DNA of 64,000 bases. It comes from Bigelowiella natans CCMP2755. Its lineage: Eukaryota; Protista; Cercozoa. Positions 38,970 through 52,200 of the stretch are shown one piece after another. Positions within the stretch are counted from its first letter, which is position 1. Each line of letters opens with the position of its first letter. The notes beneath the pieces were generated by a model, which had not been told where the DNA came from, searched no databases, and saw nothing but the letters and a program-made list of their open reading frames with translations. The stretch spans positions 139,010-203,009 of the forward strand of contig ADNK01002140.1 in the NCBI GenBank assembly GCA_000320545.1, in the 5' to 3' direction. Made by a program: the position numbers and the translations under genes.

Positions 38970-40179
38970 TTATGCAGAGCAGGTGTCGGCATCACACAAT
39001 TCTCTACAATATCTTGATTTTTTAGGCCAACCATCGACTGTCTCGTTCTCGCACCATTTAAGGATTGATAGACGTAACTTGTCCTCAGACTCTTTAGAAA
39101 ATGGTACTGAAGGATATCTAGCATCTCCCACCGATATGGAGGGAATCAAATTTACAGCATTTTTAAACCCATCCATACCTGGCTCAACGTTTGACTTCCA
39201 TACATCCATAAAACTAGTGCACAATGCCTGTAATTTACGAGCTTTGGATAGGTCACCTTTTAAGTATGTGTCACGGAAATAATTGTAAAGGTCTCCAAGT
39301 ACGTTGAACTGCGAACCGACGTTGCCTGTAATGCCCATCGATAATGTTCCAAGCATTATCTCCTCTCGACCAGAAAGAACCTCAAACTTACCAGACTCAT
39401 AATTATGAAGTTCTGTTGCATCTGCTAATCCCTGGTTGATGTAAAGTCCTGTGTATTTAACCCCTGCGTAGTTCACCACCCCAATCGACTCAAATGCTCT
39501 TGTGAGCCCCATCATGCCATCACTGAAAGCAACATTGGTCATGTGAGGAATATGATAGTAGTAGAATGGGAGTCCAGGTACTTCGTTTGCAACCAATGCC
39601 ATCGTATTTGCGAGTGCAATCGTTGATATTGGGCGGAAGAAGGAGGGAGCCATTGCAGCGATAGCGGATGCTCCGTGGGCTTTTGCATGTCTTGCTAGCT
39701 TCTTTGCCGTGCCAATATTCTCGCATCCTACGTGCACTATGGAACGAATACCATAGCCAAACCTTTTTTCGACAGCTTCCCATTCCTCGACGAGAGCCTC
39801 CCTCTCCTTCTGGTTCATCTTGACGGACTCTCCCGTCGTTCCCGTGAGGAAAATCCATTTCACACCAGTAGAATTCAGCCATTCAGCTTGTGCCTGGACT
39901 TTTGTCAGATCCAATTCCCCCCGTTTGCTGAATGGGCTATGTATTGCGGCGATTACACCGTCAATTTTCAATGGCTTTATCTGCAAATCAATGTAGACTT
40001 CACCGATCATCTCAATCGACATCAGTTCTGTTAGCACGCACCACCTTTTCTGGTCGGGAGGCATCTGCTGCGTTCGAAGTGGGCACGAGCGATGCAATAA
40101 GTCCTAAACACAACATCATGGTTGCACTTCGAAGTAAAGGAGTCCTCCCCCTTCCAAACTGCACCAGCAAATCCTGCAT
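38970..40179 (-). CDS. NPL: N-acetylneuraminate lyase-like (DHDPS/NAL family) with predicted signal peptide
   Basis: GVIAAIHSPF, IFLTGTTGES, E.REALVEEW, IVHVG, AIAAMAPSFF, LPFYYYHIP, catalytic GVKYT. Exon 1 (M)..MMLCLGLIASLVPTSNAADASRPEK joins through intron 40044-39981. Start is at 40179 or 40119. Confidence 0.85.
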
Positions 40180-40601
40180 GTTGTTCCTCACCACACTCTG
40201 GGGACATGCGATCGATATTTTTCCACACATTGCTATTCAATAATATCGGCAGAACTTCTAAAAGTTTCTTCCCAAATCAAAAGGCTGATTATGATTGTGT
40301 TAGATATTATTAGTTTCAGCTGCGACAGAGCGACGACACGATATTATTTCGATGTGTTTGGGTCGGGATCCCTTTTCCCCTCTACTACCGGGGATTAATT
40401 AAGTCAAGGCGATTAGATAAGGACGACAAAGCAATGTGATACAAAATATAAGTACGTACTCGTAGTGGAGTACCCTACTACGAGTACTCATACGATTCAT
40501 CGCATGTAGCAGATAGGGAGAGGACAACTACTGCTACTGCTGCTGCTACTGCTTCTATTACTTTTCGATGACGTCGACGGTGTAGAAACGACATCCGAAC
40601 G

Positions 40602-41420
40602 ATGCTTAATAAGTTAACTAAATACGCTGTTGAGCTCATATTTCTTCTTTCAACGATCGTTGGGTGCAACTCAGGAGGGCACAGCCTGTCTAAAAGGGCT
40701 CTTCATTCGTCCTCGAAAATATGTTGTGCTGAAATGAATTATCCCGTAAGTGCAGTAGTCCATATACCTCCTCCTGTACAATTGCGCAATCGAAAGTGGT
40801 GCAGGAGAACACAAAGTATACAACAGCACCCATTGGTAGGACTTAGACGGATAAAACTGCAAAGTAGGCAAGCGACACCAGTGGCAGCCAGTATACCTCA
40901 AACCCAACCAACTGCTCGTCGCCATAAATTATTGATTAAAGTTGAGATCCCGAGCTCTATATCAAGGTTGGCATACGCGCAAACTAAAAGGAATAGGAAT
41001 ATATGTTCCGAATTGCTTATACCTGATGCCCCTTCACCTTCTCACTTTCCCTCATTACTCTCCCTTCTCCGTTTTTAATTCTCTCTCTCTCTCACTCTTT
41101 GTGGTTGCGTGTGTGTGTGTTTGTATGTGTGTTTGTGTTGATCATAGAATATTCACATTGCTATAACAGATCTGACTTGATGGAACAGTTCCTTAGATGG
41201 GCATTTGTCGAGGTTCTACAAAAATATCGATCGTACAAGTCATTAAAATGTTGATTTTTATGTATTTTAGCTGGCCGAGAATGGAAAGGAAAACATTGGC
41301 ATTGACAACATTGATGTTAGTCTTAGCGAAAAACGCATAGTAACACGCTTAAAGTTCACATATATATATATATATATATATGATTTTGATACGTAATTTA
41401 TTTTGATACGTATTTATTAT

Positions 41421-41459
<39 letters not shown>

Positions 41460-42500
41460 CGGATGTTGTGCATGGCGCAATTCAAATCGTCCTTTGTCGA
41501 TATCGACACGATGATGAGTATGCTGACTTAAAGCTTCTAACTTTCAAATTTAGGTACAGGCTGTATATCTTAAAGACGATTCTATTTTACCGACGGCAGT
41601 AGAGGAATCATCATCATCATCATCTCCAATGGAAACGAGAAGCGCTTTCAACAGTAAGGAGGTGAATTTAAAATTTCGAATGGCGACTACTAACTGATAA
41701 CAAAGAATCATCGACCTGGAAAAGAGGAAATTTAGCTTCTGTTTCTAAACAGCAGGTGATTCATGGATTTCAGGTCAAGGTATACACTGTTGGATATTAT
41801 AAACAAACAGATCATGATGATGATGATGATGATGATGATGAGGGGATGATGCTGATAATTAGATTGCAGAAGCACATCTAGAGATAATAATGGATAACGA
41901 AATCATAAAGGTAGTTATTATCCTGATGTATCGTAAGGTCTCCTAAAATATGCAACTATTTCTCCTTATCCAGAATGTAAAATTGTTTTCACATATAAAT
42001 CGTATAATCGTTCTCGACTTGTCCGTTTTTCTATCCCTATTCACACTATCATCCCGCTGCTATTTTTCTTCAATAAGCATCAAGTCAACCCCAAGCACGA
42101 GATCTTTGATCCGTCTAAATCCCGGGAAGTTGAATTAAGAAGAGAGCGTGCGACTGGAAAGCGAGTGAGGTATGATCGCCTGGGAATGATGCCGGTCAGC
42201 ACAAACGATGAATTTGAGCAGCTGTGTCAACAACAAGACTATCACGATGGCAAAGATGGCGACGATATTAATAACATATCTCCTTCATACGCATACGCTT
42301 ATGAGAACGAGAAACATTATTATGAGGTATAAATAATGACATCCGCCGTCTCTTTTCTTTTCATGGTCTAATTCCGTGATTTCCTTTTCCAGGTTCTAGG
42401 AAAATACATGGAGATAAGAAGGCTTATGGGCAATGGTAGTCCAGAGGTGGTGACGGAGGAAACAGCAACTGCCGTGAGGTTACTAGCCAGCTATTTGTAA
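40602..42500 (+). CDS. Multi-exon protein of unknown function, probably plastid-targeted
   Basis: N-terminal hydrophobic peptide plus basic/Ser transit-like region. Exons give SDLMEQFLRWAFVE|LAENGKENIGIDNID|VQAVY...IHGFQVK|IAEAHLEIIMDNEIIK|HQVNPKH...|VLGKYMEIRR...YL*. Confidence 0.65.
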
Positions 42501-42999
42501 AACTAGCAGTAATAGCGGCACGAGCAAACAAAGAAAATAAAGAATAGTATGTTTTATCCTTATTTTTTCATCCAAACCAGGAAAGATAGATAGGACTTGC
42601 TGTTATAGATGTATTGACAATCATCATAATCAGGGCCTTCATTGCTATGCTTAACGTTGCTTTTGACAAGTAACAAAAAAAAGACACCAAACATCGTTGT
42701 TGTAGCTTCTTTTGATTACATGTTAGAGTCTCAAATATCAAAACCAAAGCATGCCCCTTCCCCTTAAATATAAAATTACTTGTCTGATAATGCTTACAAA
42801 TTTTACTACAGACCGGTACATTAATTAGTATAAAGTTCATGATTTCAACATCCTGCTCTGTTACAAAATTTATGCAGGTATTATGCATTCGGTTCCATGT
42901 TTGCGGATGATGCAATGTGAGGAGATGCGGTGATAGTGCATAGACCACATTTAGGGTATTTGAGCTACCATGTGGATATGCAAGGCAGATTGAAAATGG

Positions 43000-43640
43000 T
43001 ATGCAGCTGGTTATCCTGCTTGTCAACACAACCTGTCGTATGTATTCTTTGGTTACACCCATGGTTATTAGGCCACAAAAGCACTCTGCTGCTACGATGT
43101 TGCGTCTGTAATTATATTAATCAAATTTACATGCTAAGTCTGCTGTGTGCATTCAGATGCTGCTACTGCTGCACGTGGTATAGTGTTGACCGTACCTACT
43201 ATGAATAAAGGGTCACAATGTAACCACTGCTTCTAAGACACACTGTACTAAATAACAATCATGACGCTCTGATCATCACAGCGTAGCCTATTTTCACATA
43301 GTGCTAGCCAAACCCTAAGGTCTATATTGTGCCGTCGGACATATTTACGATGTACTACTGCTGGCGCAAATGTGCATGGTGTGATCACGATGTGATCATT
43401 TTGCACGCAATATCAAATAAGCTGCGCTTTGCCGGCGCTGCGTGCTTCTGCAACAAACCTAGACAATAGCATGCATATCTAATATCTAATTCGATATCAT
43501 TGCGAAAATTCACTCGTATTTGCTGTTTTGTCCAATTGACCTCCTTGCAACGCCAAACCTCACTTAAACCCATGCCCGAAGGAACGTGTAAGTGCTATAT
43601 TATGCGCAACAAACATTACCTCTGCTACGACGTTTGAATA
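43000..43640. other. Milder RY-rich spacer between convergent genes
   Basis: tgcacgtg, gtgcatgg and gcatgcat motifs; no credible ORF. Confidence 0.5.
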
Positions 43641-43648
43641 ACATCATG

Positions 43649-44833
43649 TTATTCCACGTAGTGAGGGTTTCCCGGTTGCACTCCGCATAACTCCAGCATT
43701 TGGAGCCAATCTTCTTTACGGATTCCATATTTTGAATAAAACTTGGATCCTCTATCTTTCATCAGGCCTGCGTGACAGAGCTTCCTGTAAACTTCAACGT
43801 GTACTCCTGGTAAAATCCGATCGATCTTGAAAGTAATGTTGTGCTTATTAAAGGCTCGTTGAATAAAGCCATGGATTTCGATGTCATTCTTGGCTTCGTC
43901 TCTGAAAACATCGAGAGATAATCTTGCCATCTGCTCCAACCCCTGCGAGGAAGACACTATAAAGTAGAAATCGCCATTTCCTCCTGGATGCCTGTCAACG
44001 TGAACTACATTTGACTGGGGCTTGTATACACTTGATCCAAAGTCCATATCCTCAATTAAAACAATATCAGGGCGAATGAATAACACCCGCTCATAGAAGG
44101 TGTTATTTCTATTGGATTTTATGGCCTGTATCACAGCCATGGCACTCTTTGAAAGAGAAACTGAGAAAGACATCATCCTCCAGTTATCTCTGTATGCGTT
44201 TTTGGGGAGCAAGGGTTTGTATACTTCCTCGTAAGCTAGATTGTCCTCAAACAACGACCACATGAGCTCCATCCCTTCTCTTTTCTTATGGAAAACTTGC
44301 ATGTATTCATCTTTGAGGTCGCGATTCCAAGAATGAATGTACAAATCGAAGTTCTCTGCTCCCCCATTAACCTCGACGATGTGTTTCGAAAGAGAATTTG
44401 CAGTAATATTGATTGGGGTATATCTAACAGGTTCACTATTATCGTAGATCTCTCGAGCATGCATCGAGTGGTACATCCGAGATACGCCTCCAAAGAAAAC
44501 CAGAGCGTATTTTGCCTTCAGATAGCAGTGATAAAACAGGCTATAAGTTAACTATATTTGCATGAATTTCTAAACATAGATGGACATAATAGCAATGTCT
44601 ACCTGTCTGTTGATGTTCTCCGTTCTGAGGTCCTTATCATCCCTGCGGCCATGGATAGCGCCACCAATACCTGGATCCACTTCGTTCATGTTCTCCCCAT
44701 TTGAAAGAAGTGTTGTTCTACCGTGTTTAAAATCATTGTTGGATTTCATCTCCGTCACATTGTATAGGAACAAAATAATGTTCCCAAGGGCCATCAGAAG
44801 AACGAAGCGGGAAGGCCATGCATTGGTCCACAT
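43649..44833 (-). CDS. Type II membrane glycosyltransferase-like protein
   Basis: N-terminal anchor FVLLMALGNIILFLY, one intron, then AKYALVFFGGVSR, FDLYIHSW, S.SL.KS, YERVLFIRPD, GDFYFI. This is a pattern seen in GT-A-like proteins of unknown function. Confidence 0.7.
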
Positions 44834-45626
44834 TGCTTTGGAGCGCAGTGGTGCTTAAATCACATGTACTAACTACTCCAGGTTAGAAACAATTTTTCGT
44901 CGACAGACAATTAGAGTTCACTGTTGTGCTTTGGTGTTCGTAGCTAACTCCACGCTGGATCGTCGACGGTATGACAATTAGCATCTAAGCATCATCAATC
45001 GCGTGCACGAAGAAGGACGAGGGGCTAGGTTGGGATTTGGATGTTGATGATCCTTAATGATTATGTACACATACACACACACACACACACACACGTATAT
45101 GTATAACTAATGGATTGTTGCGAAACTGTTGTTTCGTTTTAGATCGACTTCTATCCCAAAAACTACTACAGTAGGTACTCGTATTTATTTCCCACAAACG
45201 AGATCTAGATTTATTTCGCATGGGCAACATCTCGCAGGACATCATTCATCTGCGACAAACAAACAAAAAATCGATTGGTTTGGGTAAGATCTAGATCCAA
45301 GGGGATTTCATGAAAAGGCGGGAAACTGTTACATTCAGAAAGCATCGGAACCGAAGAAGAATACAGTTATAGTAATGGCCATTTCATTGATACGACTTGA
45401 ATTTATCTCCATGTTATCTAAAAGTGCATGTAAAAGGAAAACTCTGGATTGTTTCACTGTTTCTTGCCTTTACCCCACCCCAAACCTTAGTCACTCGCTC
45501 ACGCTCTTGCGCGATTAGAGTCTCACATACGTCGAATTGCGCCGATATTTCTCGGGACGGAAATATCATAAACAATTTCAGAGATTTTCCCATTATTCTT
45601 ATCTTGTGGGAAGTGATTCTCGTAAG

Positions 45627-46904
45627 ATGATTCAAACAAGTAGTAGAGTTGGAGGAGGAGAGGGAGGAAGACCCATGACCAGCCCAGGACCAACATACCG
45701 TATAAACAGCAGTAGACCTACTTCGATGCGCAGAAGGTTGAAAAGTAGTAAGCAAAAGATGGCTCTTCCCAAGCCAATCCGGGGTACTAGTCCATCACTA
45801 ATAAGAAGACCAAAAAGTAGCTGCGGCTCAGGGCTTCGTGTCACGGTTACAGCTTGGATGGGAGCTGACACCGTGATACCTAAGAAAAGAAAAGAAAAAA
45901 AAATCAGAGCTCAAACGGAATATAGGCCCCAGACTGCAGCTGGGAGATACGTTACAAAAGCATTTTCCGTAAAAAAGAAGTTAACCTTCGGAGATGAGAT
46001 CAAAGACGAAGAAGAAGAAGAAGAAGAAGAAGAAGAAGAAGAAGAAGAAGAAGAAGAAGAAGAAGAAGAGGGTTATTTGGAAAACGAACACGGAAACTCT
46101 CTCAGTATTAGACCCATAACAAGTGTTGGGGAAAAAAGTTCAAAAAAATCATTTCTAATGAAGAATCCTTCATATTTGTCCGGGGGTGCTTCGCAGAATG
46201 AAGGAGGCGAGATGATGAGATCAATACCTGACGACGTAAAAAGGAGTTGCTCACAATCAACACTGATGAGAGATGATACTGAGTATCCAAGCGCAAAGCC
46301 TTGCGCTCTCATAACAATGCGAGCTCTTGGAATCAAAGAGTTCCCAGCACCGATATTATTGCTAGGGAATTTACTGGAAGAAATAGATCTCAGTCGGAAT
46401 AACATAAAAGTTCTCCCTCCTTCCATCTCATCACTACGAAAACTTAAAAAATTGAATCTGGCTTACAATAAAATCGAGGTATTGCCTAATAACTTTGAAG
46501 AGCTACAACATCTGGAAGTTCTCAACGTCGATGTGAATAAAATGTCGATATTCCCTCCACAAATCTGTGCATTATCAAACTTAAAAATTCTCAGCTTTCG
46601 TTTCAACACAATCAAAAGGATACCTAAAGAGTTGAACAGATTATCAAATGTAATTGAGCATGTGAAGTTAGAAGGCAACTCTCCGAGCTTAATGGCAAAT
46701 TTGCTTTCAACCTGTCCCGCCTTGGGTTCAGCTCTAACCGAAAAATCCTTGTTCTCCAAGAATTATCGATTTTCCGCCTCTGCTTTGCCGAAAATGCTTG
46801 ATGAGGCACTTGGAGACAAGCTCGACGACGAAGGAGTTGTGGTGCTTCGTCTCGGTGATGATGGTGATGATTCGAAACCACCGCAGAAAAATGGACGCCA
46901 TTAG
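45627..46904 (+). CDS. Leucine-rich-repeat protein with poly-Glu tract
   Basis: LEEIDLSRNNIKVLPPSISSLRKLKKLNLAYNKIEVLPNNFEELQHLEVLNVDVNKMSIFPPQICALSNLKILSFRFNTIKRIP. 5' end uncertain. Confidence 0.85.
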   Translation: MIQTSSRVGGGEGGRPMTSPGPTYRINSSRPTSMRRRLKSSKQKMALPKPIRGTSPSLIRRPKSSCGSGLRVTVTAWMGADTVIPKKRKEKKIRAQTEYRPQTAAGRYVTKAFSVKKKLTFGDEIKDEEEEEEEEEEEEEEEEEEEEEGYLENEHGNSLSIRPITSVGEKSSKKSFLMKNPSYLSGGASQNEGGEMMRSIPDDVKRSCSQSTLMRDDTEYPSAKPCALITMRALGIKEFPAPILLLGNLLEEIDLSRNNIKVLPPSISSLRKLKKLNLAYNKIEVLPNNFEELQHLEVLNVDVNKMSIFPPQICALSNLKILSFRFNTIKRIPKELNRLSNVIEHVKLEGNSPSLMANLLSTCPALGSALTEKSLFSKNYRFSASALPKMLDEALGDKLDDEGVVVLRLGDDGDDSKPPQKNGRH

Positions 46905-47700
46905 TAGCTGTGACACACATTACATGCATGTGGCTTCTTGACGTTTATGAGCGCCCTGCTCAAAATTTGTAAATACAAATGAGTTAGAGTAAGGTTGCAT
47001 GAACATGCCAGATGCAGCCAATGATGCGATGACACGTACGACGAAACGAACAACATCTAGAACTAACTAGAGAATGAGATCGGCTACATTGGTTGTAGCG
47101 ATGAATGTTCTTGGCTCTCGCTAAACAATGGTAGAGGATGTTGAAACAGACACTAGAATTAAGTCATGTTTGTAGCACACGCGCGTCTCATTCGGTGCAC
47201 TTCCAACAGTGATGCCATCATGTCATCATTAGCGTGCACGTGCATGATCGAATCGCTACGCTAGCACGCATCTGGTGGCACACACACAGACACACAAGCA
47301 ATCGCTACAGCATGCAACGTTACGTTGTGGCCATCTTGCTGTGATCATGCATGAAAGTGCGCGGCATGCACATGTGTGGTGCATGTTGTCATGCCTCGGC
47401 ACGTGTGAAAAAGGTGTGGCAGATGGGCTACGCATGGTCTAGATGTGGTGGCGGACGTGTCCGTTGTTAGCGGCGCACTAAGCAATAACAACGCGGCACG
47501 CTGTTGCCGTGGGACTGCTGCGGCTAGAGCAACAAACAAATGTACGTCGTCTCCAGATGTGCACGCACACGCCTAGTTGTTGAAGCTCGTCGCTACGCTG
47601 TCCTTCATTTCGCACATGTGTTGTTGTGTTGTTGCGTTTGTCTTGAGGCACTGACATGTGTTGCATAGGCTCAAATTAACATGTGGCAATGGAAACAAAC
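46905..47700. other. CATG/TGCA/CTAG-rich spacer between convergent LRR and REJ-like genes
   Basis: gcgtgcacgtgcatg, gcatgcacatgtgtggtgcatg; residual TpA mostly in CTA/TAG contexts. Confidence 0.75.
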
Positions 47701-47793
47701 AGACACAACATAAGTGCTGTAGCCGCTGCATTGCACAGCTACAGCAGGATTACCATTGAAAAGATTTAATGAATCCATTACATCCATCTCATA
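47678..47793 (-). repeat. ~120-bp dispersed repeat, copy B
   Basis: Reverse complement tatgagatggatgtaatggattcattaaatcttttcaatggtaatcc...gcagcggctacagc..ttatgttgtgtctgtttgtttccat matches 23495-23614. Confidence 0.85.
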
Positions 47794-47817
47794 CGCTCAA
47801 ATTCTCCTTTGCTTGAC

Positions 47818-47922
47818 TCATCGGATATTAGTGCTATTAGACCTGGCTCTTCGATTTGTTTGGTTAAGACCTTTGACCTTTTTAAGTGTGATAATGCAAA
47901 TCTTTGAATGAAAGGAATATGA

Positions 47923-47959
<37 letters not shown>

Positions 47960-49207
47960 AACTTTGTACACAGTGAAATCACCAATAATGGAAGGGAAGA
48001 GTACCTTGAGAGAGTGTACGTTCTCTTTAATGCACAATGCTGCTAAAATGTCTTCGTGATCTTGTGACTCTGGTTTCTGAATGAATTTAGGATAAGATGA
48101 ACAAATCAATGGGTGCGATCATTCCAAATTACTTGTAAAGTTCATTTCCATCGCTTTGTTATTACTTTCTTAGTGGATTTATCCTCATTGCGTGATGGGA
48201 GGATACAGCAGGAACTGGCCATCCTCGATCACTTGGTTCATTCATCACCATCATCATTGCCGTCTTTTCGCGCTGTAATCTTGCCATGTCTAGGGAGTGG
48301 CGAGTTTTAATCGAAGTCATAACCTCAAGAGCTGCTGACCCAGGAGACTTGAGCGACGACGGTGGAGGAGGAGGAGAGTTTCTGATATCCTTATTATCGA
48401 AGTTGTGGTCAATTCTGGTCCTTGTCGTCCGCTGTTGAGTACGGGGAAACTTACCAGCTGCTAAAAAAGTAGTGGTAGTCTTTGGTAGAGGAGGTGACGA
48501 TACTCTTCGTTTGATGTGCATGAGTCGTAAAGACATGATGCTACCCCTCCTCTCGTCGGCATTTCCCTTCTTTTGATCGTTGTCATTGCCAGCCGATTGT
48601 CCACTCCTCCATCCTCCTCCTCCTGTTAATTCTTTATCGGTGATGTCGGCTCTACCCCCCTCTTCTTCTTCCTCCTCCTCCTTCTCCTCCTCATCATCAT
48701 AGAAATTGTATATCCTAAATAGTGATAAAGATGGAGATTACAGATATGCAGAGGATGATAATAATATAATGAGGTAATGAATAATGATGAAGAGCAATCA
48801 ATCATCCCCATCCCCACAATTGTCGCCACTACCACATACATCTCTTAGTAGAAGTAGCAGTAGTAGCAGTGGTAGTTTGAACAATCGCTCGTCAGTCGAT
48901 GCATATCAATTTCATATATTAGAGCACGTGACAAAGTGAAAAGGGTGACGACGATTGTATGTATGTCAGCAAACAACGTTAAATACTGACATAGCGGAGG
49001 AGTGAGATGGTATTTCTCTCTTGGAGGAGAAGGAGGAGGAGGAGGATAAGAGGGAGGGACGGATAGTGGTTATTCTATTTCTTGATCGGTGGGGTTTGAA
49101 GATGTTCGATGATTCCTTTGAAGTACTGATTGATTGGTCAATGGTGATTCGTGTTCACACAGTACAATATTAGTTTATAATTCACCTATATATTCTCTTA
49201 CTATATG

Positions 49208-49278
<71 letters not shown>

Positions 49279-52200
49279 TGAATCTGCTAGATATTTAAAT
49301 CGGTGATGCCTGTTCAAACCCATTCGTTAAAATAACATATTTTACTGATTGAGCGACAACAAATATGGGACATCCTCTTCTTCTTCTTCTTCTTCTTCTT
49401 CTTCATTTTCTTCTTTTTATTCATACATACATATGTAGACATTTGTGAGCAGCAGCTTGAGCTACTTGTTGCAGACTTATGGAGGACAAAAGGGCATAGT
49501 AATACCGCAGGAATGACAGCTTAAGAAGGTTACTACTAATACTATCAAGTTATAGCACCTTACACTGGATAAAACCCGAAGAATCTCCTTACTTTCAGCG
49601 TCAGCGGCCACACTTTTGGTCATATTAAGGTGGTGGAGGAGGGAGGGGGGAAAAGCATCATCCATCATTTGTATTCTCGTAATAAATTGAGTGGTGGAGC
49701 AGTCTCCATTGCCAAAGATGGTAGTAATTTGTTTCAAAATATGGTTGATGATGATGATACTGATGAAGAAGAAGAAGAAGAAGAAGAACATCTTGGTTAG
49801 AGGGAAAAGAATACGACCTCATCATCTCTAAATCATGATGACACTTCTCCTGATACATGTGCTGGTGCTGATCTTGCTTGGATTCTGCATTGGTGGTTGT
49901 AAATGGCATATTCCATCTCTTTGGATTATTCCTGTTACCATTCTTCAGGGACAAATCTAGTGATGCTGCTGATGATGGCCGTTGCTTCTCCATCATCATC
50001 TTACTTCTTAGCATGATACTCCTGCTAGTCCTACTTGTCCTACTACTACTACTACTACTATTTGCCCATGTCGCACGAATAACAGCTGATTTGTATCGGC
50101 TTTGCCAAGATCGCCGTCTACTAGTACCACTAGCACTACTGCTGCTGCTACTACACTGATTCTTCTTCTTTCTATTACTTTTCTTACACATAATTTCCGA
50201 TGATAGATAGCCTCCTTCTCCCCCTCCTCTCCCTACCACTACTTCTCCGTCTGCCACCGATACTGCCACACCATCGTCGATGCTATTGAAGCTAGATTCT
50301 GTAGCTTTCTTCTGCCCTCCTCCTTGTCGCTCAACGTCGTCATTGTTGTTTTTTACTTCTTGTTGTTCTTCTTCTCTTTCTTCAATTTCAACATCATAAG
50401 TGGCTCCATGGAACTTTGCGTATTCCTGATAAGAAGGAGAAGAGGAAGAAGGAGAAGATGGTGATAATAGGGAAAGGAGGCGGGAATATGTGAAGATAAT
50501 ATGTATGCGTCGAATGGTAAAGTCGCTGTTTGTAGCAGTGGAGCTAGAGGTAGTAAAGACAAGGTGCATCAGCATTTCTCCTTTACCACCACTATCACCA
50601 CCACTACCACTACCACTCTCTTTAACTTATGAGAAACAATATGCAGCAGCAATAGACAGAAGGAGTAGCAGCAGAAACAGCAGCAGTATTAGTCTAGGAG
50701 TATTTAGTTATTCTGCAACAAGTGCCTTACCTGAAGTCTTTTCCCAATTTTCCTTTGTGAGTCACGAAGTACATCTGCTGCTCTAATCGGCAAGAAACGA
50801 AGGGTGAATGTCTGCAACGTTTTATGGCACACTTGAATTTGACGGTCAATTTCCTGATCATCGGTTTTGACTAGCCTATCCTCAACAGACAGGATCCTCC
50901 ATCCTGGTTGTTGTTGTTGTTGTTGTAGTAGTAGTAGTATAGTAAATACAAGGGAAGGGAAGGGAAGGGGAACAACGATGATCCAGTAAGAACACAACGC
51001 CACCAACGAGAAGGATCGTGGAGATAAGAACAAGAAGAAGGAAGAGAACAACAGAAGGAGATGAAGAAATGTAAAACAACAACATTTAAGAGGAAGGATG
51101 ACACATTGAATAAGTTTATTAATAGCATTATAGGTTAGCAGTAGTAGTAGCAGCAGCAGCAGAAGGAGGAAGAGGAGGGAATAAGAGTCCCTCTTACTCC
51201 TCCTCCTCCTCCTCTAAAAACTCTCTAACGTAATTATCATCCTGGAAACAGTAAAAGTGAACGGATGGTAAAGCCGTAAGCAAAGCTATCACAATACACA
51301 TTGTAGTACTACTTAATTATAGGTTGTAAGCAAAGATATATATACACGTAATAATATCAATTACAGGTTGTCCTATATGAACTACACTACTAGAGACCTG
51401 CATTGATTCCTTTTTCAGTAGCTTGATGTCCATTGATATGTCTCACCACCCCCTGGTAAAAATCGAATCCCATTTTTCCTGCATGAAATTGTACATCCAC
51501 AGAGGACTCTGGATAGGGATCACTTTCAATCTAAGCAACATTATCAACACACATACAAATACAAATACACATAAACACACCACAATATCTCAGTGTGTTC
51601 TTTGTATGATATATTAGATTGAATTGGTCATCATCCATCATACTTCATCGTCATCATTATCATCATCATCTGCCATACTATGCTATTTATAATAGAATTA
51701 ATTCAATAAGACTAACAACCGGCTGCGTTTGATGGCATGGAAGAAGACAATATTTGCATAGACAACTAAGCCAGGGACTAAAAAGGAGAAACTGAATCAG
51801 AAAGAGCAGCAGGAAGCGAGCCATGAAATCTTGACCGAATACCAGCAGCCATCTGTAGTAGTAGTAGTTGTTGTTGAGGAGACATTTGTGTGTGATATCG
51901 TTAATCAAATAACAACAAGGAAAGGAGAGAGTGTGATAAGTAAATCAAATATTGCCACCCTCTAAGTAACGAATGTAGACGAAGATATAGTCAGAGACAT
52001 TTTTAGTATTTGATAATGATGATTGATAGTTGGTATATCTTCCAGCAATCATAGTGTTATTGAATTATTCTTATCGTTGCATTGCTGATGAAGATTAAAT
52101 ATTCTGGAGAAAAGACAGATATGTAGCAATGGATGGTGAGCTTATACTACTACTAATACTAATACAAAACTAATACTCATACTAAGACATTGGTGATGAT

